Part shown: piece after piece, positions 1 to 6,454 of the stretch
How positions within the stretch are numbered: position 1 is the stretch's first letter
Layout of the letters: each line of letters opens with the position of its first letter
Source: a virus
Lineage: Duplodnaviria > Caudoviricetes
Length of the DNA stretch: 50,628 nucleotides
Virus record (IMG/VR): IMGVR_UViG_3300028146_000013
Coordinates: 1-50,628 of that record
Direction: 5' to 3' (one strand)
Position numbers and translations under genes: made by a program
The notes under the pieces: generated by a model
Seen by the model: only the letters and a program-made list of their open reading frames with translations
The model's database searches: none
What the model was told of the DNA's origin: nothing

Positions 1-25
1 TAGCACTGGGTCGGCGGGGTGTCAA
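1..25 (-). promoter_or_regulatory. Candidate sigma70 promoter for the late block, spanning the window junction
   Basis: TTGACA on - strand at 25-20, 17-nt spacer ending TGC, then TAGACC if position 1 joins 50628; followed by AGGTGG and the ATG at 50606. Confidence 0.45.
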
Positions 26-160
26 GAGGTTTCGGCGCAGCCGAAAGCGGTGCGATAGCCGTCTAGAGACGTGTGAATTGATAGCTGAGCGAACTCGCGA
101 AAAGGCATTCCGACCGCGACACCCGCGTGAGCCGTTTTCCCCCCACCCGGCCTAGTTTTT

Positions 161-307
161 TGCATCGCACCATTGCCGCATAGCACCAATTGACGCAGTG
201 CAACTAGCTGCGCTGCAACACAGTGACGTGTGATCGCAATGCACCATGCTTACGCTGCAACGCACTAGCTGCAATGCAACGTGATATATGATGGTGCTAC
301 GCACCAT
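161..307. repeat. Array of eight YGC-N3-GCA motifs (PhaR-box-like)
   Basis: Copies at 161, 177, 194, 209, 235, 256, 270, 295; the last lies in the palindrome ATGGTGC-TAC-GCACCAT (291-307). Assignment to PhaR is inference. Confidence 0.65.
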
Positions 308-326
308 AGACTAGCCTAGTCGTCGG

Positions 327-342
327 TGTTCCACGTGGAACC
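327..342. promoter_or_regulatory. parS: Chromosomal-type parS site
   Basis: TGTTCCACGTGGAACC; 14-bp perfect palindrome GTTCCACGTGGAAC matching the conserved bacterial parS consensus. Confidence 0.8.
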
Positions 343-345
343 GAG

Positions 346-419
346 TTATGCACAGCTTATCCACAGCTAGCTAGCTCAATGGAATCAATGACTTAGCCTG
401 TGGATAACCCTGTGGATAA
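346..419. promoter_or_regulatory. Cluster of four DnaA boxes, two per strand
   Basis: TTATGCACA 346-354 and TTATCCACA 357-365 (+); TGTGGATAA 399-407 and 411-419 (TTATCCACA on -). Confidence 0.85.
383..395 (+). promoter_or_regulatory. IHF binding site
   Basis: AATCAATGACTTA matches WATCAANNNNTTR exactly and lies between the two DnaA-box pairs. Confidence 0.7.
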
Positions 420-681
420 GTCAAAGTCAAAACCGAGATCTCAAGGGGGCCGCTAGGGTAGCCTAGGGTCGAGTCTGCGCCGCTCTAATGGCTTCTAATG
501 CTGTCCTGCTGTCGTCGCTCCTATCTCTCCCTCGGTACGGCGCTCGGGACATAGTTTCGTAAAGGGGGTTTAGTCTCTCTCTTATATATCATCTAACCTA
601 GCTACCTAAAAAACCCCCGTACGCTTTACCGGGTGAGGAGGAGCAGGTAGACTGCCAGGTCCACAACACGAGGAGCTAACC

Positions 682-978
682 ATGCCACGGTTTCGACGCA
701 ACAATATTCGGTCCGCCAAGCTACGGCCCGAGCAAGTCATCACACTCCGACAGGAATACGAAGCAGGCGCTACGCAAGGCGAGCTAGCGCAGCGCTATGG
801 CCTAGGCGTTGGGCAGGTTGGCCGAATCGTAAGGGGAGAAGCCTGGAACGCTCTGCCGACCGCTGCGGCGCCTACAGCCCCTATCTATAAGAGCCCCGAG
901 ACATGGCAGTCAGAGGCGGACGCTAGCATGGCGCGGCTCATGGCTGATCCCGAGCTAGCCAAGCTCATCAAGCCCTGA
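682..978 (+). CDS. HTH DNA-binding protein
   Basis: KLRPEQVITLR...TQGELAQRYGLGVGQVGRIVRGEAW resembles the C-terminal HTH of phage HNH endonucleases; AGGAG RBS. Confidence 0.7.
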   Translation: MPRFRRNNIRSAKLRPEQVITLRQEYEAGATQGELAQRYGLGVGQVGRIVRGEAWNALPTAAAPTAPIYKSPETWQSEADASMARLMADPELAKLIKP

Positions 979-984
979 ATGCTG

Positions 985-999
985 TAGGGGATTCCCCTA
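985..999. promoter_or_regulatory. Palindrome, possible operator
   Basis: TAGGGGA-T-TCCCCTA in the intergenic region before the early genes. Confidence 0.3.
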
Positions 1000-1082
1000 A
1001 CTGATTTTCAGGTCGCATTCTGCTGTCCTCTTGCTACCCTGTTCGGGTCGATTCGATTCCGTTACCAAACAAGGAGCAGACA

Positions 1083-1244
1083 ATGACCAAATCAGTACAG
1101 GTTAGCTACGGGGCCTATAAGGCATACCGGGGCGCGATTGTGGCCGCAGGCAAGATTGTAGCCATGACCGCAAAGGCTTACAGCACGCGGCACCAGGCAT
1201 CTGCTGCGGCCCGTGCGCTTCGTTTCTCAATTGGTGCCGTATGA
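1083..1244 (+). CDS. Small hypothetical protein (53 aa, not in ORF track)
   Basis: AAGGAG RBS; MTKSVQVSYGAY...; ATGA overlap with the next ORF. Confidence 0.65.
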   Translation: MTKSVQVSYGAYKAYRGAIVAAGKIVAMTAKAYSTRHQASAAARALRFSIGAV

Positions 1245-1423
1245 GCATTCCTATCCGCCTCTCAATGTTCGAGTTGCTGCGCATCATGGGCCCTAGCCAT
1301 GTTGACGCGGGACAGTCGGCTGATGCGGCCGACCTGGCAGAGTCCCTTGATGATGACATGGTGGACTATGACAATTGCGAATGGGTAGCGCCTCCCAGGG
1401 GCTACATGGGCGACGAAGGCTAG
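1241..1423 (+). CDS. Small acidic hypothetical protein
   Basis: Translationally coupled to the upstream ORF; Asp-rich. Confidence 0.55.
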   Translation: MSIPIRLSMFELLRIMGPSHVDAGQSADAADLAESLDDDMVDYDNCEWVAPPRGYMGDEG

Positions 1424-1434
1424 CTAGGACGCTA

Positions 1435-1467
1435 GGTTATGGGGGGCCAGGGGGGTCCCCCATAGCC
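1435..1467 (+). other. Intergenic RNA hairpin
   Basis: GGTTATGGGGG pairs with CCCCCATAGCC; no U-tract. Confidence 0.55.
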
Positions 1468-1505
1468 GAGTGACTAGAGGGCTGAGTTACCAACAGGAGG
1501 GACGA

Positions 1506-1586
1506 ATGAGATCTACATTGAATACAGCGACATTCCTACTAGTGCTGGTTGCGCTAGTGGTGCTGTCGAAGGTTGGCGGACTATGA
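1506..1586 (+). CDS. 26-aa single-TM peptide
   Basis: AGGAGG RBS; MRSTLNTATFLLVLVALVVLSKVGGL. Confidence 0.55.
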   Translation: MRSTLNTATFLLVLVALVVLSKVGGL

Positions 1587-1726
1587 GCCAGTCTAAACCC
1601 GGTGCAGGCTTTACGATCATTGAGACAGTAGTAAGCCTGCTATTCGATGTGCTTAGGGCATTGCCGTTTGCGGCAATGGTGTTTGCGCTGGCATTTGCAG
1701 CAATCAAGATAGGAGGACAATGGTAG
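1583..1726 (+). CDS. 47-aa membrane peptide with a prepilin-like G|FTIIE motif
   Basis: MSQSKPGAGFTIIETVVSLLF...; ATGA overlap with the upstream ORF. Confidence 0.55.
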   Translation: MSQSKPGAGFTIIETVVSLLFDVLRALPFAAMVFALAFAAIKIGGQW

Positions 1727-1899
1727 TGGACAGTTACACGGCGGTCGGCATAGCCGAAGGGTTCATCGATGCAGAGTCAGATGAACAGGTTATTGAAGCT
1801 TGGCAGTACCTGCACACCAGCGGGTTGGCTTACAAGCTTCAGGGTTGGTTTGGACGCAATGCGCAGCAAATGCTGCGCGAAGGAGTGATACATGACTAA
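1720..1899 (+). CDS. Conserved phage hypothetical protein (59 aa)
   Basis: AGGAGG RBS; AWQYLHTSGLAYKLQGWFGR resembles a widespread phage early-protein family. Confidence 0.75.
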   Translation: MVVDSYTAVGIAEGFIDAESDEQVIEAWQYLHTSGLAYKLQGWFGRNAQQMLREGVIHD

Positions 1900-2161
1900 C
1901 GAAGACAAAGGCTATTTAGAGGGCATGTTGGGCGGTAGCTTTGGACCGAAACGGGCCCGAGTTCCCAGCGAGGGCGACCAAGTGAGGCTAGAGGGGCTAG
2001 TGGATGCAATCGGGCTGTACGAGACTGTGCAGCTACTCGCGACCATCGCAGGCGATAAGGCTGATCACATCCGAGCTAGCTACCAGGACGAACATCTAGC
2101 CTCGCGTTGGGACAGGGCTGCGCACGAGATCAGCGCGGCGTTTGTGCCTGCTAGTCTATGA
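1892..2161 (+). CDS. Hypothetical protein
   Basis: AAGGAG RBS; overlaps the upstream gene. Confidence 0.65.
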   Translation: MTNEDKGYLEGMLGGSFGPKRARVPSEGDQVRLEGLVDAIGLYETVQLLATIAGDKADHIRASYQDEHLASRWDRAAHEISAAFVPASL

Positions 2162-2182
2162 AGCTAGTCTTTCAAGGCATAG

Positions 2183-2229
2183 GCGTAGCCATCGGGATAG
2201 CAGCGGTCTTGCTGCTATCCTGGTTATGC
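2183..2229 (+). other. Intergenic RNA hairpin
   Basis: CGGGATAGCAGC pairs with GCTGCTATCCTG, with outer arms. Confidence 0.55.
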
Positions 2230-2273
2230 TACGGGTTAGTGCAAGTTCTGAGGGCTATTTGGAGGGCCATTAC

Positions 2274-2435
2274 ATGACAGAGTTTACACCAGCCAAGCTT
2301 GCCAAGCTCCGTAAAGCCTACGGGGCTGCAGTTGCAAGCGGGGCCGAGCAATTCGAGTTTGAGGGCCATCCGTTGCTAGTGGCCTACGCGAAGTATCTAA
2401 TCGAATATCTGGAGGGTCGATTCAATGGAACATAA
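2274..2435 (+). CDS. Small hypothetical protein
   Basis: GGAGG RBS before ATG 2274 (MTEFTPAK); start revised from the ORF track. Confidence 0.7.
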   Translation: MTEFTPAKLAKLRKAYGAAVASGAEQFEFEGHPLLVAYAKYLIEYLEGRFNGT

Positions 2436-2673
2436 AACGCACAAAGGGATTTACTACTTCCCGACGTATCGGGCCGCGCATACCTTCGCGTTTCAGAATG
2501 GCTACCCGACTAACCGCATCATCAACTACTCGCGGGGCTGGGCCATTCAAGGCGGGATATCTGGCGACTACGCGGGGCCGCACGGGCTAAAGATCGGTGA
2601 TTGGTATCCACGCGGGGTAGATAAACCATTGCGGCAACGGAAACTCCCGCATGGGTTGGTACTGATCAAATGA
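2425..2673 (+). CDS. Hypothetical protein
   Basis: GGAGG RBS; packed in the early operon. Confidence 0.6.
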   Translation: MEHKTHKGIYYFPTYRAAHTFAFQNGYPTNRIINYSRGWAIQGGISGDYAGPHGLKIGDWYPRGVDKPLRQRKLPHGLVLIK

Positions 2674-2861
2674 GACGCCCAGCCTCAAAGCTGACCGCCG
2701 CGCAAGTAGCTGAGATGCGCCAGCGCTATCGCGAGGGCTGGAGTCAATCCAAGTTAGCCAACCATTACGGGGTAGGGATTGGTCATGTCGGACGCATCGT
2801 CCGGGGCGAGGTATGGCAGACACTTGAAAGTGGTTGGAGTAGCCCCAATGAAGTTGTTTAG
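2670..2861 (+). CDS. HTH DNA-binding protein, paralog of 682..978
   Basis: KLTAAQVAEMR...SQSKLANHYGVGIGHVGRIVRGEVW. Confidence 0.7.
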   Translation: MRRPASKLTAAQVAEMRQRYREGWSQSKLANHYGVGIGHVGRIVRGEVWQTLESGWSSPNEVV

Positions 2862-3003
2862 GAGGTTAAAGGATCGATGCCAGGTTAGAAAGCCAATTCA
2901 GAAACTGGAGGAGGTTGACTATCAGGAAAAGACTAATGAGGCTATTAAATGGCTAGGGGCTAAGTGGCTCCTAGCCAAACCGATTAAGAGAAAGGTTACC
3001 TAA
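2848..3003 (+). CDS. Small basic hypothetical protein
   Basis: GGAG RBS before ATG 2848. Confidence 0.5.
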   Translation: MKLFRRLKDRCQVRKPIQKLEEVDYQEKTNEAIKWLGAKWLLAKPIKRKVT

Positions 3004-3016
3004 AACGGAGAAGGCA

Positions 3017-3427
3017 ATGAGCAAATTTATCAAGGGCAAAAAACTGGGCACTTGGGATGATACCAAGGATGCATTTGTGGCTATTTTAGGGGGGCTAGAT
3101 CACGAGGAACTGCATGTTCTTTGGCTTGATAGCCACGGGAATATTATAGAGGCTGAGTGCATGGCAACGGGCAATGAGCGTGAAGTTGCAGTGCCTATGC
3201 TCAAAATTCTAGAGCGAGGGCAGGAACTAGGCGCCGCCCGGTTCATTCTGTCCCACAATCATCCAGGGGAAGAGGAAAAGCCAATTCCCAGTATGAACGA
3301 CATTAAAACGACTATTGCAGCGGGCACAATGGGGTTTACCCGTGGCCTTAACTTGCTAGACCACATTGTGGTGGGTAAGCAAAAAGGCACGTCGATTGCG
3401 ATGGAAGTTCTTGGTATGTATCGCTAG
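3017..3427 (+). CDS. RadC-like JAB/MPN domain protein
   Basis: EELHVLWLD, HNHP...PSMND and LLDHIVV motifs. Confidence 0.88.
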   Translation: MSKFIKGKKLGTWDDTKDAFVAILGGLDHEELHVLWLDSHGNIIEAECMATGNEREVAVPMLKILERGQELGAARFILSHNHPGEEEKPIPSMNDIKTTIAAGTMGFTRGLNLLDHIVVGKQKGTSIAMEVLGMYR

Positions 3428-3429
3428 AT

Positions 3430-3473
3430 CGCAGCGGGTTGGGGACTAGGCAACTAGTCCCTTTCCCGGTGCA
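3430..3473 (+). other. Intergenic RNA hairpin with GCAA tetraloop
   Basis: GGGACTAG-GCAA-CTAGTCCC with outer arms. Confidence 0.6.
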
Positions 3474-3509
3474 ATTTCGCACTAGGTTACCCTTTTAAGG
3501 AGCAAAGTT

Positions 3510-4583
3510 ATGAAATCAGGATTATCAATTACCGCCATGGCCGCCGAGCTAGAGCGGCAAGCCAATGCAAAGCGCGATTTCATCGCAGGGACCCAACAGG
3601 TTGCTATTCGCGAGGATAGCTCAATGGCTATTGTCCTACCGGACACGGCAGTTGAGTTTGGGACCAACGCGATATTCCGTCGCCAAATGGCCGAGCACTA
3701 CAAGATCCCTCACGAGTACATCGAACGATTGCGCACGATGGCTGCGTTCAAGCCGCTGTTCGCCCAAACGTTTAATGACCATCTGCAGAAGCAACCTTCA
3801 CGACAGATGATTAGGACCCTAGACAACACAGCGCGGGCCTTTAGGTCTGATCGATTCCGGCCCCTGGATAACATCGACCTTGCAGAGTCAGTTCTCCCGG
3901 TAGCGATGGACTCAGGGGCTGAGTTGGTGAGTTCGCAATTCACTGACTCGCGTTTCTATATGAAGTTCCTGTTCCCCAAGCTTGAGATTGAAGTTAAGAA
4001 GGGCGACGTGGTTCAACTAGGGCTTGCGCTGGCTAACAGTGAAGTAGGCATGGGGGCTCTAGTGGTTGAGCCGCTCATTTACCGTCTGGTGTGTCTCAAC
4101 GGCATGATCATGCCTGACTACGGCCATCGCCGTTATCATGTCGGGAAAAAGGCTGAGGAGTCTGAGTTAGCCTATGAGATGTACAGTAACGAGACTCGCC
4201 AGCTTGACGATGCCGCGCTATTCGCTAAGATCCGCGACACCGTTAAGGGGCTGTTGAACCGCGATGTCTTGGAGACCATCGTGGCAAAGATGCGTGACGC
4301 TGCTGATCAGCCGATTGAAGGCACCAATATCAACGGGGTAGTTGAGGTGCTGGCGAAGAAACTGAACTATGGCGAAGGTACGAAGCACGGGATTCTCAAA
4401 CATTTGATCATGGGCGGCGACTTGAGCCGCTATGGGCTGATGAACGCCATCACCCGGCAGTCGCAGGACGAAGATGACTATGATGTGGCGACCAAGATGG
4501 AGCACGATGGGGCGCGGGTGATAGAACTCCCGCGCAATGATTGGAAGCAGATAGCCAGCGCAGCGCTGGAAAAGGCTGCTTAA
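3510..4583 (+). CDS. DUF932-like phage/plasmid protein
   Basis: RAFRSDRFRPLDN, NSEVGMGAL and YRLVCLNGM motifs; AAGGAG RBS. Confidence 0.8.
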   Translation: MKSGLSITAMAAELERQANAKRDFIAGTQQVAIREDSSMAIVLPDTAVEFGTNAIFRRQMAEHYKIPHEYIERLRTMAAFKPLFAQTFNDHLQKQPSRQMIRTLDNTARAFRSDRFRPLDNIDLAESVLPVAMDSGAELVSSQFTDSRFYMKFLFPKLEIEVKKGDVVQLGLALANSEVGMGALVVEPLIYRLVCLNGMIMPDYGHRRYHVGKKAEESELAYEMYSNETRQLDDAALFAKIRDTVKGLLNRDVLETIVAKMRDAADQPIEGTNINGVVEVLAKKLNYGEGTKHGILKHLIMGGDLSRYGLMNAITRQSQDEDDYDVATKMEHDGARVIELPRNDWKQIASAALEKAA

Positions 4584-4685
4584 TGACAATACGGTAGCAG
4601 GAATCTCCCTTCCTGGGTAACCCGCTGAGTGGCGGCAGTGGCTATCGGAATAGCCGCCACATCTTTAAGGCAAAGGAGCAAGGTA

Positions 4686-5018
4686 ATGTTGACTAATCAG
4701 GAGTATCGAGCGATTCGACGGGCCGCGAGGCATATCGAGCGCAGCAAGAAACGGTTTGATTTTTGGGGGAGCGCACGGCCCGCCGATATTAATGGGGTTG
4801 GTTGCCCGGCAGCCTGGATAGGCTTTTTCTTGGACATGCCAAATGATCTCTACGAGTTCGCTGCATTGGTAGCAAAAAGACTTGGTTTTCGGGACCTTCT
4901 ATCGTTTCTGCAGGAGCTAGATGCCATCGATAATGATTGGCACTACAACAATCGAAAGGCCGCCAAGGTTCTTAGACAATTCGCGGACAATCAAAGGAGC
5001 AAGGTAAATGTCAAGTAA
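4686..5018 (+). CDS. Hypothetical protein
   Basis: AAGGAG RBS before ATG 4686; bounded by a 16-nt direct repeat. Confidence 0.65.
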   Translation: MLTNQEYRAIRRAARHIERSKKRFDFWGSARPADINGVGCPAAWIGFFLDMPNDLYEFAALVAKRLGFRDLLSFLQELDAIDNDWHYNNRKAAKVLRQFADNQRSKVNVK

Positions 5019-5199
5019 TGCATGCATCATAGAAAACTGCGATCAGGTTTGTAAGCCAAACTCTAGGTTTAACATCTGTGTTAGATGCCGTGGGCGGATT
5101 GGCTACGCAATCCTCAAAGGTCCGGGCTGGACGATGAGCCGCAAGCGTAAGCTAGCGCTCTACACCGACCGGATGAACTATCTGGGGTATCGCAAGTGA
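5008..5199 (+). CDS. Small Cys-rich (possible Zn-binding) protein
   Basis: CIIENC...C...CVRC; AAGGAG RBS. Confidence 0.6.
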   Translation: MSSNACIIENCDQVCKPNSRFNICVRCRGRIGYAILKGPGWTMSRKRKLALYTDRMNYLGYRK

Positions 5200-5504
5200 G
5201 AACGCGGCGTAAGTTCACAGATCAACAGAAACGCAAGATTCTAGCGGAAGCTGAGGCAGCAGGGCAAGCAAAGCCAGTGCTGATCAAACACAAGCTAGCC
5301 TCTAGCGTCTTTGCCCGCTGGAAACGAGACCTAGCCCCCGAGCGTGTGTTAGCTAAGCCAAACGGCAAGGTCAAGGCTGCTAAGCCGGTTTCCTTGGAGG
5401 CTATCGTCTATCTACGCCATGCCAGGAAGGCATGGGACGCCGGGAAGTCCACGCGGGGCGAGTTGCTCGCCCGGTTAGCTCTAGACGTTTTGGAGGGCAA
5501 ATGA
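5196..5504 (+). CDS. HTH protein of the transposase-HTH type, no catalytic domain
   Basis: RRKFTDQQKRKILAEA...SVFARWKR. Confidence 0.6.
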   Translation: MRTRRKFTDQQKRKILAEAEAAGQAKPVLIKHKLASSVFARWKRDLAPERVLAKPNGKVKAAKPVSLEAIVYLRHARKAWDAGKSTRGELLARLALDVLEGK

Positions 5505-5680
5505 CACTGGACGAAGCCAAAGTGATTCTAGGCGATGCTATTGACGCAGACGGCAATCTTAAGACTCTGGATCAGTATACATCTTGGGATAAAGACCATC
5601 CCGACACCGTATCGCTAGACGGGTATTTTACCGCCGATCAGCTAGAGGCCATTGTAATTTACATGAGGGAAACCAAATGA
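5501..5680 (+). CDS. Hypothetical protein
   Basis: GGAGG RBS; ATGA overlap; VSLDGYFTADQLEAI. Confidence 0.65.
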   Translation: MTLDEAKVILGDAIDADGNLKTLDQYTSWDKDHPDTVSLDGYFTADQLEAIVIYMRETK

Positions 5681-5856
5681 AGTGGTTCGCAGGCATTGGG
5701 GGGATGCTACTCGCAGCGACAGGCGCGGGGTTCGCAGGCTTCTATCTGTGGGAAGGCACCAACCCAGTCGGGACCTTCTTGGTAGGCGTTATGCTCGGCG
5801 CGGTCGTCGGAATGCTCTGGCTCTATTACTACGGGGACCCGTTCGATGGATGCTAA
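5677..5856 (+). CDS. Two-TM membrane protein (59 aa, not in ORF track)
   Basis: MKWFAGIGGMLLAATGAGFAGFYLW...FLVGVMLGAVVGMLWLYYY; ATGA overlap. Confidence 0.65.
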   Translation: MKWFAGIGGMLLAATGAGFAGFYLWEGTNPVGTFLVGVMLGAVVGMLWLYYYGDPFDGC

Positions 5857-6175
5857 ACCGTACGTCTGTAGAGACTTTCATGCCGACAAAGACGTACCGG
5901 GCTATTGCGAGGGGTGCAAGCAACCCGAGGGCGACCATTACATCAAAAAGTGGCGCTCGAAGTGCCCTGAAGGCTTTGACGAGCGGGTGACGATTGATGG
6001 GGTGGTGAACGGTTATGCTCATTGCCGCTATCATGGGACCGTTCAAGAGGGTGTTACTCCTGAAGATCTTGAACGTCTGTTCGGCCATCCGCAGTTCGGG
6101 TCCCGAGACGTGAAGATTTGGTTCCAAGAGTGCGCTAACGAGTGGCGATTCTCGATTACTAGGCATCTAGATTAG
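5846..6175 (+). CDS. Cys/His-containing hypothetical protein
   Basis: Fills the operon slot; CEGC motif. Confidence 0.55.
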   Translation: MDAKPYVCRDFHADKDVPGYCEGCKQPEGDHYIKKWRSKCPEGFDERVTIDGVVNGYAHCRYHGTVQEGVTPEDLERLFGHPQFGSRDVKIWFQECANEWRFSITRHLD

Positions 6176-6184
6176 GAGGAGGCT

Positions 6185-6454
6185 ATGATGGACCTTCAAC
6201 CAGGGGACTTGTGCGTGGTGGTGCAGAACGAGTGGAATATGGTGGACTTCGCTAGGGCCAGTCACTTGATCGGACGGCATGTGATATTGACGAGGATACT
6301 TGATATTCCTTGGGGCAAATGCCCGCCTTACTGGCATGGAACAGGGCTACCTGATTGGCTGGCGATTAGTTACAAGTCGCTGCGGAAGATCCCGCCGCCC
6401 GCGTTAGATGATGAAGAAACCGATGAACTACCAAAGGAAATTGAACATGTTTAA
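6185..6454 (+). CDS. Hypothetical protein
   Basis: AGGAGG RBS; LQPGDLCVVV N-terminus. Confidence 0.65.
   Translation: MMDLQPGDLCVVVQNEWNMVDFARASHLIGRHVILTRILDIPWGKCPPYWHGTGLPDWLAISYKSLRKIPPPALDDEETDELPKEIEHV

Noticed and set aside
161-307. TGC/GCA array as a CRISPR array or iteron set
   Set aside because: Units are only 9 bp, degenerate and irregularly spaced.
366-376. DnaA-trio element after box 2
   Set aside because: GCTAGCTAGCT has 4-nt, not 3-nt, periodicity.
5196-5504. Insertion sequence
   Set aside because: Only a transposase-type HTH; no DDE domain or terminal inverted repeats.
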